From Candidatus Woesearchaeota archaeon (GTDB lineage Archaea > Nanobdellota > Nanobdellia > Woesearchaeales > GW2011-AR9), in assembly GCA_018303285.1 (NCBI GenBank), contig JAGVYL010000019.1:1-51423 (forward strand): a stretch of 51,423 nucleotides of DNA, given 5' to 3'. The notes below the pieces were generated by a model, which saw only the letters and a program-made list of their open reading frames with translations, had not been told where the DNA came from and did not search any database. Both the position numbers and the translations under genes were made by a program. Positions 1-8,984 of this stretch are shown piece after piece. Positions within the stretch are counted from its first letter, which is position 1. Every line of letters begins with the position of its first letter.

Positions 1-49
1 CATCAAAATACAGAGAAAGATTAAAAAAATAAAGTTTAAGCATATATTC

Positions 50-116
50 GGAGGTATCGGAATTGAATTCCGGAACCAACGCAAGTTGGTCACGGAATAG
101 CAATTCCCATACCTCC
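50..116 (+). other. 67-nt imperfect hairpin upstream of rpl7ae (candidate leader structure or small RNA)
   Basis: ggaggtatcggaattg (50-65) pairs with caattcccatacctcc (101-116) with one C-C mismatch. Inner stems are attccg/cggaat and accaac/gttggt, capped by GCAA. The 3' arm CCTCC could alternatively pair with the SD GGAGG at 130-134. Confidence 0.4.
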
Positions 117-142
117 TCGTAAAAAACTCGGAGGAACTTAAA

Positions 143-463
143 ATGGCTGATGAAGATAAAGCATTGGAAGCCGTAGAACTGGCCAAAAAGAGCGGCAAGA
201 TCAGAAAGGGCTGCAACGAGGCCACCAAGGCTATCGAGAAAGGCGAGGCTAAGTTAGTGGTTTATGCTAAAGATGTCAATCCCAGAGAGATTGTCATGCA
301 TCTTCCTCTTCTTTGCAAGGAAAAGAATATTCCCTGTATAGAAGTTTCTAGTAAAGAAAGTTTAGGCACTGCTGCCGGCATTGGAGTTGGCACTGCGGCT
401 GTGGCTATCACCAAAGAAGGAGAAGCCAAACACTTAGTGGAAGATTTAGCTAAGAGCCGATAA
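143..463 (+). CDS. rpl7ae: 50S ribosomal protein L7Ae
   Basis: The translation ([30 protein letters not shown]...PCIEV.SK..LG.A.G) fits the L7Ae/L30e family. SD GGAGG lies 8 nt upstream. It is the first gene of the conserved archaeal L7Ae-S28e-L24e-ndk cluster. Confidence 0.95.
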   Translation: MADEDKALEAVELAKKSGKIRKGCNEATKAIEKGEAKLVVYAKDVNPREIVMHLPLLCKEKNIPCIEVSSKESLGTAAGIGVGTAAVAITKEGEAKHLVEDLAKSR

Positions 464-481
464 GATTAGACAACAAACAAA

Positions 482-700
482 ATGGTCGAACGCCCCGAAG
501 GAGAAATTAGGTTCATCAACGCCATTCCGGCCGAAGTGAAGGAAATCATCGGCCGAGCCGGCACTAGAGGAGAAGCTACTCAGGTGATGTGCTTGATTCT
601 CGATGGAAGGGATAAAAATAAGACTATCGGATACTTTTTGTATCCGGGCGCCGATCACAATGTACATCCAAGCTGGAACACGTCTGCGGTCGGGAAATGA
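482..700 (+). CDS. rps28e: 30S ribosomal protein S28e; the C-terminal third does not fit the family
   Basis: Residues 1-49 (IPAEVKEIIGRAGTRGEATQVMCLILDGRDKNKTI) match the S28e consensus. From codon 50 (nt 629) the expected RNV.GPV..GD..L.E.EREA segment is absent in every frame. Confidence 0.7.
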   Translation: MVERPEGEIRFINAIPAEVKEIIGRAGTRGEATQVMCLILDGRDKNKTIGYFLYPGADHNVHPSWNTSAVGK

Positions 701-849
701 AGCAAGGAACCGGCAAGATGTTTGTCTGGGCTTCTGGCAAGATTGACTGGCTCTGCTCCCGCAAATGCGAGAAGAACCAAAACAAGCTCAAAAGAAATCC
801 GGCCAGATTGAAGTGGACCAAGAGATACCGTAAAGGAGCTCATAAATAA
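697..849 (+). CDS. rpl24e: 50S ribosomal protein L24e, apparently N-terminally short (50 aa from the first ATG)
   Basis: MKQGTGKMFVWASGKIDWLCSRKCEKNQNKLKRNPARLKWTKRYRKG matches L24e (PGTGKMFV, FCS.KC, RNPR..KWT). The ATG overlaps the rps28e stop (ATGA). The open frame extends upstream to 622 and encodes ..C-x7-CGRE, but has no ATG/GTG/TTG. It is below the ORF-track length cut-off. Confidence 0.7.
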   Translation: MKQGTGKMFVWASGKIDWLCSRKCEKNQNKLKRNPARLKWTKRYRKGAHK

Positions 850-893
850 ATTTTTAGTATTATTTTATCAATCTCCATTAGGGGTAATCAATC

Positions 894-1409
894 ATGAAAG
901 AACGCACATTGATTCTTTTTAAGCCTGATGCTGTTCAGCGCGGCCTTATCGGAGAGATTCTTTCCCGCTTTGAAAAGTGCGGATTAAAAATTATCGGCAT
1001 GAAGATGGTCTGGGCAGACGAAGATTTCGCAAGAAAGCATTATCGAGAAGATTTGGACATACGATACAAAGAAGTTGAAATAAAATACGGCAGGAATGTG
1101 CGAACCGAGCTTGTAAAATATCTCAAAGAAGGTCCGGTTGTTGCTTTTGTCCTTGAAGGCATTGATGCAATAAAAGTAACGAGAAAGATAGTCGGTTCAA
1201 CTTATCCCAATGAATCTGCTGCTGGAACAATTCGTGGAGATTTTGCTCATATTTCTAAAGAGTATGCCAACACCCATAATGTGATGGTAAGAAATTTGAT
1301 TCATGCGTCTGGAGATGTTGAAGATGCGGCAGAAGAGATTCCAGTATGGTTCTCTCCAAAAGAATTGCATTCGTACAAAACTGTGCATGATATCATCTGT
1401 CTAGAATAG
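894..1409 (+). CDS. ndk: nucleoside diphosphate kinase
   Basis: ERTLILFKPDAVQRGLIGEI..RFE..GLKI.GMK and the active-site region NLIHASGD match the family. The gene is in the conserved position after rpl24e. Confidence 0.9.
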   Translation: MKERTLILFKPDAVQRGLIGEILSRFEKCGLKIIGMKMVWADEDFARKHYREDLDIRYKEVEIKYGRNVRTELVKYLKEGPVVAFVLEGIDAIKVTRKIVGSTYPNESAAGTIRGDFAHISKEYANTHNVMVRNLIHASGDVEDAAEEIPVWFSPKELHSYKTVHDIICLE

Positions 1410-1509
1410 GGGGTGGTTTTCTGATGCACTAAGTGGATAAGAATATTGATTTCTTCTCCGTTGCAAACCAAGGATAAACATTTATATATCTCTTTTTCTT
1501 CTAAAGAGT

Positions 1510-2559
1510 ATGTACAAACTAAAATCCATTCCAGAAGATTTTATCGTCAAAGAGATTATTTCTTTGCCATTGAACAAGTCCGAATCTGGCGAATATTCTT
1601 ACTTCCGTCTTCAGAAAAAAAATCTCAGCACTCCTGAAGCCGTGTCCCGGATTGCTGAAAAACTGCATCTTCCGTTGCGATTTCTTGGCTATGCTGGCAA
1701 TAAAGACAAAACTGCAGTTACAGAACAATTCTGCTCGGCCAAAGGCATCAAGAAAGAAACTTTAGAAAGAATCTCTCTACCAAATATCAAGATTACTTTT
1801 CAAGGCTACGGTAAACTACCCATCTCGCTAGGAAACAATCAAGGAAACAAATTTATCATCACACTTAGAAACTTGACAAAGAAAGAAACAGATAAACTAA
1901 AACGGATAACCTGCAAAACAATTTTATTTCCTAATTATTTTGATGAGCAGCGATTCTCTAAAAAGAACGTGGAGATCGGCCGCTGCCTGATCAAAAAAGA
2001 TTTCGCCCAAGCTATCAAATTGCTCATACAAATTGAAAATAACAATTCTTGGATGCAGGACTATCTCCTAAAAAGAAAAAATGATTATCTCGGTGTACTG
2101 CGCCAGTTCCAAAAGAAGATTCTCTCATTGTATATCCATGCGTACCAAAGTTTTCTTTTTAATAATCTTGTTTCTATTTATTTAAAAAATAAATACCCCC
2201 AAGTAAAAACCGTTAAATACAGTCAAGGCACATTTATTTTTCCCACTAACCTAAAAAAAGAAAATCTCTCTTTACCAACTATAGGATTTGATACCACTAT
2301 CAAAAATAAAAAGATAAACGAGCTTCTGAAAAATCTAATGAAAAAAGAAAAACTCTCTTTCTCGGATTTTATTATTCGTTCTTTTCCCGAACTCTCGCAG
2401 GAAGGTCAAGAGCGGTCTTTACTAACAAAAGCAAAAGAATTAAGCATCTCCCAGGCAGAAAAAGACGAACTTAATCCCGGAAAAGAAAAAATCGTCATCG
2501 GTTTCTCTCTGCCCAAAGGAAGTTATGCCACTATGTTCATCAGATTTCTTCTCGCGTAG
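1510..2559 (+). CDS. truD: tRNA pseudouridine synthase TruD/Pus7 family
   Basis: N-terminal PEDFIVKEI, the catalytic motif GYAGNKDKTAVTEQ and NYFDEQRF match the family. Confidence 0.85.
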   Translation: MYKLKSIPEDFIVKEIISLPLNKSESGEYSYFRLQKKNLSTPEAVSRIAEKLHLPLRFLGYAGNKDKTAVTEQFCSAKGIKKETLERISLPNIKITFQGYGKLPISLGNNQGNKFIITLRNLTKKETDKLKRITCKTILFPNYFDEQRFSKKNVEIGRCLIKKDFAQAIKLLIQIENNNSWMQDYLLKRKNDYLGVLRQFQKKILSLYIHAYQSFLFNNLVSIYLKNKYPQVKTVKYSQGTFIFPTNLKKENLSLPTIGFDTTIKNKKINELLKNLMKKEKLSFSDFIIRSFPELSQEGQERSLLTKAKELSISQAEKDELNPGKEKIVIGFSLPKGSYATMFIRFLLA

Positions 2560-2597
2560 AGCAAAGATTTTTAAATAGTAACTATAAAGTGATAAAG

Positions 2598-3119
2598 ATG
2601 AAATACTTTAAACCCGCAATAATCGCTGCTGCATCTATCTTTCTTAGCTCTCGCCCTTCTTTAAGTGAAGAACCAAATATTCCCGGCGTACCTTTCCTTA
2701 CTAACGTATCAGACTGTGCAGAAATGTCCGCTAATGGACTGACGGTTAGCTGCATTCCTGATTTGGAAGGGTTTATCAAAAAATTCGATGGGAACACTTC
2801 TGCTTATTATAAAGATAAAAAAGTTGATGCATGGGAAATATTACAATACTTTTTAGATACCAATCCTTCAGGAAATGTCTCAGAAGAGACCCGCAGGAAC
2901 ATTTTCCTAGAAAAAGTAAATTATGATTTTCTGATCGTGTATGATGTTAATCGAAATGATATTATCTGCAAAGAAGATGATTTAAATCATGATAACCGTA
3001 TCACTATCGAAGATTGGAAGATTTATCAGTCTCTCCATCCGCCTGGCAGATATCACCCTCTTAAACGAAGATTCCAGAAATATTTTATACCTGCAAGTCC
3101 AATCGTAGCTATCCGATAG
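2598..3119 (+). CDS. secreted protein with two EF-hand/dockerin-like Ca-binding loop motifs
   Basis: N-terminal hydrophobic signal (KPAIIAAASIFLSS). DVNRNDIICKED and DLNHDNRITIED follow the D-x-N-x-[DN]-x-x-I-x-x-x-D pattern. The ATG at 2598 is preferred over the GTG at 2589. Confidence 0.55.
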   Translation: MKYFKPAIIAAASIFLSSRPSLSEEPNIPGVPFLTNVSDCAEMSANGLTVSCIPDLEGFIKKFDGNTSAYYKDKKVDAWEILQYFLDTNPSGNVSEETRRNIFLEKVNYDFLIVYDVNRNDIICKEDDLNHDNRITIEDWKIYQSLHPPGRYHPLKRRFQKYFIPASPIVAIR

Positions 3120-3158
3120 AAACCATGTTTGAATAAGAATAAGTTAGACAGGAAAAAC

Positions 3159-6100
3159 TCAGTTCTTAGCTTTTTTTCGATAATGGTGGATTATCAGCCA
3201 TATCAGTGCTGCGGCCACCAGTATCAAGAAGATTTTCAGTCCTAGGTATAACCATTTTTTATTAAGTTTACTTAGTATTGATGGTTCTTGAGAAACGTTT
3301 TTCTCTTCTTCTACCACTACTGATTCTTTGACTTCCGTAACAAGTTCCTTAGCTTCTTCTTTTACCGGCTCTACAGCAGGAGTAGAGCTCTTGCCTACAG
3401 CAAAATAACTAAACCCGGGTGTGCTGGCAGAATAATATATCAATTTATCATCCTCTTTGAGTACGCTTGCTTTTAATTCATTCCATTTACTGTCCGCATA
3501 ACGGAATAAAGCTACGGCAGTCTTATCTAATTTATTCTGCGTTAGCCAGCTCTTTTCTACTTTGAATTCAATCTTTCCTTCGCTGATAGCTGTATCTTTC
3601 AAGCTTGAGCTCTTGGTTATTTCCATATATTGGTATACTGTATTGCTTAAAGCCGAGGAAGTGCTTGATGGCATGTCTGATTTTTCCACTCGTTTGACAT
3701 TGACCCATGCACCTGCTGCTTTTTCAGTAGTCTTGAATTCTACTTTTGTAGCCGTCATTCCATCTTTCTTCACTTCGATAGTTGCTACCTCTCCAGCATT
3801 GATCAATGACCAGACTTTCTTTTCAAACTGACCAGTTACTCCAGTAGAACTTCCGCCTCCGCTTCCTGTTGCTCCTCCGCTAGAAGAGCTGCTGCTCGCT
3901 GCTGTAACAGTATAAGAAACTCCGCTGCCAATCACACTATTGCCAGCATTGTCTGTAACTGTGCAAGATGTCGAAGTAAATGTTCCTGCTGAAGAGACAC
4001 TAGGCGTTTCTGAACTAAAGGTTTGAGTAGCCACTCCAGATAAAGCATCTGCTGCCGAACACGTACAGGTTATAGTTGTTCCAGCAGTAACTGAAGTTTT
4101 ATCACAGGAAACTGACGAAGTGGGACTGACAGTATCTAATCTAATTGCAAACAAAGTCGAATTGCTGTTATTAAGCGTATCAAACGCAGTCAGATTAACC
4201 GTATAGTTACCCTCGACAGAAACATTTAAAATGACAAAAAGATTGCTGATATTGCGTCCCGCAGTTCTGTTCGAGATGATAATCTGAGATGCAGTAGTCA
4301 TGTTATGAATCGTAATATTCCAATAAGAGATGTGTGCGTCAATAACGGTAGTATTTATCTGTAAGGTAAGATTATTGGTCCAACTGTTATTGCTCTGAGC
4401 ATTAATTGTCTGAATTACTATTGAAGGATTGGTTGCATCAACCGTGAAATTGATAGTCGTCAATAAATCTGCAGTAGAATTAAGCACCACCGAAGGATCG
4501 TTGTAAATAGTAGCAAAGATAACTGCAGTATAATCCCCGCTGGCAGAACTATTCAAATCCAAGACAAAGATGGTGCTGCTGGAATTAGTAAGATTGACTT
4601 GTAGCATATTAGAACCATTTATTCTACCTGTCGCTCCGGTAGTCGTTGCCGTAAAATTATACATTCGGGAAGTATTGTCCCAATTAGTAATGTTGAATCT
4701 ATACGTAGCGTTAGTTGTTCCAGAGATAGTTTGGGGAACAACAGTAGTAAGATTACTGAACGTAAGATTAAATGTTTCATTTCCATTACTATACACGGAA
4801 AATCCTAAAGAAGTCGGAACTCTCCAAACCACATAATTACCAGAAACATTGGTCTCATTTTTCTCTGCCTGAGCAGAAACATCGCTGCAGTCAGAAAGAT
4901 TATTCTCATTGCATTTTGTCAGCTTCGTACCTAAGCCCGGAATTTTTATCAAAATACTGGTCGCCCCTAAACTCTGAGCTATTTCCTGATACTTCTGACT
5001 ATTCAATCCTACATGAGTTTTTGTTCCTGCCGTGGTTACATTAAAACCAGAGGACATGTTAAAATCAACTGTTTTAGCTAAGTTCACTCCTTCCAGTTCA
5101 ATCGACCAATTAGCCGTAGTGTCTTCAAACTTTAGTTTAGCCGAAGCAAGATAATTACTTCTGTTCGAGGATTGACCAGCAGTCACGCTTTCATATGCAG
5201 TTCCATTCCAAATCTTTATTGCAGTATTCTGCAGAAGTGCATTCCCAGAAGGAGCGACAAAATTAAATCTATACTGTACATTCGAAGCTACAGTAGAAGT
5301 GGTAAAATTTAAACAGCTGCTGGTGGCACAGTTACCTGCTCGGTCACACGATTTTAATTTATAAAATTTAGTAGTATTAGTAGATAAACTTACTGTTACC
5401 CCCAAAGAATCTAGGGTGTTATTTCTGATTCCTAAATCATGCCATGGGCGGTAATCATCAAAAGTAAAAGATGGATTCCCCAACTCATAGATCGTATTGA
5501 CTGCCGTTGAGTTAACACAGGAGCTGTGCATGGTGATAGTTCCGTTAGTTGGCTCATTTGTCACCCAGTGAAGGAAAACAAAATTATTAAATTGTTCAGC
5601 AGCAATACTGTTCACTGTGGGGGCGGTCTGATCATTAGTGATATAATCTGTTCCTGCGCACCAAGGAGCCATAGAACAGTCTGAATCCGCGCAATTAGTC
5701 AATCCGTCTAAATCCTCATCTCCCGATGTCGGGAAACAATCTTCAAACGGCATAAACTTGCCTCCGCCAATAGTGCTGAAAGCTGTGCCGCATGCTGAAG
5801 GATTGCTGAAACAATCTTTCGGCTTGAAATCTACAGTTCCCGGAGTATAATAAATTCCTAGATTATTCAAACCAAGTAGAGTGTCATTTGCTTGAGAAAC
5901 ACTCGTAGCATTATCTGAAGTAGCCACCATAAATCGCATTTTTCCATTAGGATTGCTGATAGATTTTTTATCAACAGATAATATCGCATTATCTGTCATA
6001 CAACCGACTTTACCTCCAAATTCTGCACGTGTTGGCCCACTTGCCATCTTCGCTCGGAAAAGGCTAAAGTTACCATTAGATAAACATCGATATGATTGCA

Positions 6101-7916
6101 AAAATTCAGCTCCTTGCGCAGGAAGCTGAGGATGCGCACGAATCTGATATTCAAACCGGTAGTCAAATCCGTTATAAACAACATTGGAGATATTTGCCCA
6201 ACAACCAGTTGATGTATTAGCATCAGTATCTAAAAAATAATAATACTTTCCAGAACCGCCAACTGGAGCGTTTGTACAAAGCAAAGATTTAGACATATTA
6301 GTCACTCCAATCCCTATTCCTAACGAAGTACCCATATCTTTTATCATAAATTGACGCGCATCAATCTGCTGAGGTAAAGTAATATTAATCCCGTCACTAA
6401 ACAAAGATACGGGAGGAGAAGGATCCATATCTTTAAACATAGATAACCCCAAAGCTACGTTTTCTATTAAACCATAATCACCAGTCAAAACATTAACATC
6501 CCCTCCGCAAGCAGCATCTTTTTGGCAACCGATCGGATCATAACAATCTGTGAACCCATTTCCATCATTATCCGTACCGTCATAACATAATTCTTTTATC
6601 TGGTCTGTTGGGGGGTTAGTAGCATTCCAGCAAAGATTAAGGGGCGCAGTCCAGTTTCCGTTCACTGCTAAACAAGTCGTCTGATTAAAACAACGTTCAA
6701 GCTGAGTTCCTGCCCCGCACATAAAATTATAAATTACAAAACTAGGCTCACACCAAGATTTACCAAATTGGGGATCTGTATTCCACGCACATCCCTTAGT
6801 TTGAATTGAATTAAGAGTAGGATATGCGGAAGCATTGCAGGCTCTTTCACTATAACAATTTTGACAGTCATTATCACATGAACCACTTGAAGCGCTTAGG
6901 AACAATGCTTGATCTTCTACGCAAACGCTATTCTGGCTGAGATAAGAAAAGTTATTCATTCCTACGGGTAGTACCTTTGGCGGAGCAGGTACTACTTTAC
7001 ATTTTCCCCTACCGCCTGTACTTGTACAATCCGTAGAGTTGGTACATGCCCCGCAGAAATTAGCACAAGATTGTGCTCCAAAATTAGGATTACACATATT
7101 ATCAAAAGAGTTCCACGTACAATTTGTTACTCCGAGTCTGTTAGCAACATTAGTGGTACAATTATCTGAGTTTTGACCGCTGTAATATTTACAGGGATCC
7201 TGCGAAGAGAACATAGTATCTGCCGCATTAAAAAACATTACTTTATCATCACCGAAACTTCCCAAGCTATCTAGGGGTACATTAACATTACTATCCAAAG
7301 TTGTAAACACATCAAAATTAACCTTTCCGATGAGTCCGCCAATATCTGTTCTATTGATAGCAATCTTGATATCTCCAATTCCGCATGTTTTAAGTGTGTT
7401 CACTGGCACGGAAACGTTTGTTATCCACGCTGGTGAAGGCAAACTTTGAAAAAACTGGAAATAACTGCTTGTCGCATTTAACTTAATTCTGTAATCTGCA
7501 CCTGGATAACAAATACCAGTACATCCAGTTAAGGGATTGTTATCTCTATCAAATTCAATAAATAATGTAGCTGGTGTCGGTCCGCCCGGGTTGCAGAATT
7601 TAGCATTATTAAAGTTTGCCCCCCCTGATTTAATATCCCATGCGATATATGTGGCATCAAAATCTATCCAAACCGCTCCCAAATCATAATTAATATCACT
7701 TCCCGGACAACCTTGACCTGCAATTCGTATTGAAGAAGAAGGCACTCCCGGAGCCACACAGCCCGGACCATTTATGGCATATGGTGCAGTAGTTAAAAGG
7801 AATGTTCCAAAATTAGTCCAAGCTACTGCTCCCTGAACCAAGTCAATGCTTAAACATAGAAAAACTAAACTTACGAAAACTATCAAATAAGATTTATAAT
7901 TTTTTCCGCACTTCAT
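3159..7916 (-). CDS. giant (1585 aa) cell-surface glycoprotein candidate, S-layer/adhesin-like
   Basis: N-terminal signal peptide and a C-terminal TM anchor (WLYLGLKIFLILVAAALIWLIIHHYRKK). There are dozens of N-x-S/T sequons and Cys-rich DNDG..DC-type modules. The membrane-proximal domain ends in YYSASTPGFSYFAVG, resembling the archaeal PGF-pre-PGF domain. SD AGGTGA is upstream. Confidence 0.8.
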   Translation of the reverse strand: MKCGKNYKSYLIVFVSLVFLCLSIDLVQGAVAWTNFGTFLLTTAPYAINGPGCVAPGVPSSSIRIAGQGCPGSDINYDLGAVWIDFDATYIAWDIKSGGANFNNAKFCNPGGPTPATLFIEFDRDNNPLTGCTGICYPGADYRIKLNATSSYFQFFQSLPSPAWITNVSVPVNTLKTCGIGDIKIAINRTDIGGLIGKVNFDVFTTLDSNVNVPLDSLGSFGDDKVMFFNAADTMFSSQDPCKYYSGQNSDNCTTNVANRLGVTNCTWNSFDNMCNPNFGAQSCANFCGACTNSTDCTSTGGRGKCKVVPAPPKVLPVGMNNFSYLSQNSVCVEDQALFLSASSGSCDNDCQNCYSERACNASAYPTLNSIQTKGCAWNTDPQFGKSWCEPSFVIYNFMCGAGTQLERCFNQTTCLAVNGNWTAPLNLCWNATNPPTDQIKELCYDGTDNDGNGFTDCYDPIGCQKDAACGGDVNVLTGDYGLIENVALGLSMFKDMDPSPPVSLFSDGINITLPQQIDARQFMIKDMGTSLGIGIGVTNMSKSLLCTNAPVGGSGKYYYFLDTDANTSTGCWANISNVVYNGFDYRFEYQIRAHPQLPAQGAEFLQSYRCLSNGNFSLFRAKMASGPTRAEFGGKVGCMTDNAILSVDKKSISNPNGKMRFMVATSDNATSVSQANDTLLGLNNLGIYYTPGTVDFKPKDCFSNPSACGTAFSTIGGGKFMPFEDCFPTSGDEDLDGLTNCADSDCSMAPWCAGTDYITNDQTAPTVNSIAAEQFNNFVFLHWVTNEPTNGTITMHSSCVNSTAVNTIYELGNPSFTFDDYRPWHDLGIRNNTLDSLGVTVSLSTNTTKFYKLKSCDRAGNCATSSCLNFTTSTVASNVQYRFNFVAPSGNALLQNTAIKIWNGTAYESVTAGQSSNRSNYLASAKLKFEDTTANWSIELEGVNLAKTVDFNMSSGFNVTTAGTKTHVGLNSQKYQEIAQSLGATSILIKIPGLGTKLTKCNENNLSDCSDVSAQAEKNETNVSGNYVVWRVPTSLGFSVYSNGNETFNLTFSNLTTVVPQTISGTTNATYRFNITNWDNTSRMYNFTATTTGATGRINGSNMLQVNLTNSSSTIFVLDLNSSASGDYTAVIFATIYNDPSVVLNSTADLLTTINFTVDATNPSIVIQTINAQSNNSWTNNLTLQINTTVIDAHISYWNITIHNMTTASQIIISNRTAGRNISNLFVILNVSVEGNYTVNLTAFDTLNNSNSTLFAIRLDTVSPTSSVSCDKTSVTAGTTITCTCSAADALSGVATQTFSSETPSVSSAGTFTSTSCTVTDNAGNSVIGSGVSYTVTAASSSSSSGGATGSGGGSSTGVTGQFEKKVWSLINAGEVATIEVKKDGMTATKVEFKTTEKAAGAWVNVKRVEKSDMPSSTSSALSNTVYQYMEITKSSSLKDTAISEGKIEFKVEKSWLTQNKLDKTAVALFRYADSKWNELKASVLKEDDKLIYYSASTPGFSYFAVGKSSTPAVEPVKEEAKELVTEVKESVVVEEEKNVSQEPSILSKLNKKWLYLGLKIFLILVAAALIWLIIHHYRKKAKN

Positions 7917-7995
7917 TTATTCACCTACTTTTTTAATTCGTAAGCTTAAATAAAAAAAGAAGAAGTATATAAACATTTCGTTAATCTTTCTAAAA

Positions 7996-8046
7996 GAAAT
8001 AAAAAATTTAAAAAAAAGAATAAAAAAGTGCCTACTTAGGCACTTT
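7996..8046 (-). terminator. hairpin plus T-tract terminator of the trmB-like gene
   Basis: A 9-bp stem, aaagtgcct/aggcacttt (8025-8046), overlaps the stop codon. On the minus strand it is followed by ttttattcttttttttaaatttttt. Confidence 0.55.
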
Positions 8047-8838
8047 ACCTGTCTGCCATGTCTGGTTGAAATAATCATCCATTGCCGAAGCGAAATATGG
8101 AGATTTCGTCCAGATACCGATGTCGTAGTTGGGATGCGCTTCTTTATCATCCAAAACCGCGTATACCACATCTTTTCCGTCAACCACGCAGAATCTTCCT
8201 TTTGCATTTTCTACGTGCCGTATCTCTGCTACGTCTTTCAAGCTTTGTATCAATTCTGCATGCTCTTTAGTGGTAGGAGCGGCGATTCTGATTTTCACGC
8301 CCTTTTTCTTGGCTCGTTCAAAAGATGCTCGCAGATGATCCACTTTACGAATCAAGCCGGCAGAGGTAGTCATAATATTGACGCTCTTCTTTGCTTCCTT
8401 AACCAATAAATCAAGATGATTGTAAAGGTTATGTCTTCCTCGCATACAGCCGGACAATTCTGTCGGATCCACTAAGTTGATTCCTTGAGTAAACAGAGTC
8501 TTTAATTCAGACATTAATTCTGAATCTCGTGTGACTTCCAGCATTCGGACTTTCTCCGCTGCTTCAATATTCATATGTCGTTTTGCTCTATCCACTACTT
8601 CCTCTGGCTGCACCGCGATATATTTAATCGGCTTGCCCAATTTCATTGTTACAAAACCTTTTTTCTCCAAGCTCTCTAAAACATCGTAGCTTCTGCTTCT
8701 CGGCACTTCGCCTATGTCAGAAAGCTCTCCTGCCGTAGAAACTCCTCGGCTCAATATTGCTGCCCACAGCTTCACTTCGTACAAATTCAGGTCGAAGTGT
8801 CGTCGCAGTTTACTCAAAAAGTCGTCTTTTACGATCAT
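8032..8838 (-). CDS. TrmB-family transcriptional regulator
   Basis: N-terminal wHTH (LNLYEVKLWAAILSRGVSTAGELSDIGEVPRSRSYDVLESLEKKGFV) and a C-terminal TrmB-type domain. Confidence 0.85.
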   Translation of the reverse strand: MIVKDDFLSKLRRHFDLNLYEVKLWAAILSRGVSTAGELSDIGEVPRSRSYDVLESLEKKGFVTMKLGKPIKYIAVQPEEVVDRAKRHMNIEAAEKVRMLEVTRDSELMSELKTLFTQGINLVDPTELSGCMRGRHNLYNHLDLLVKEAKKSVNIMTTSAGLIRKVDHLRASFERAKKKGVKIRIAAPTTKEHAELIQSLKDVAEIRHVENAKGRFCVVDGKDVVYAVLDDKEAHPNYDIGIWTKSPYFASAMDDYFNQTWQTGKVPK

Positions 8839-8984
8839 ATTGTTTCACACCCCTCGATTTTTCACCCACTTTTTTTACAACTTTCCTTTGCTACTAAGTT
8901 CTAAGTAAAGAGAACTACTATTAAAAGGTTGCGGTTGTATAGCATATAGCTTTAGTGACTAAAATCCGAAGATATAGTTCGTAC

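Noticed and set aside
50-116. Canonical K-turn (L7Ae binding site) in the rpl7ae leader hairpin
   Set aside because: The internal loops are 1x2 and 2x2 (G.A and A.C opposed). There is no 3-nt bulge followed by tandem sheared G.A/A.G pairs in either orientation.
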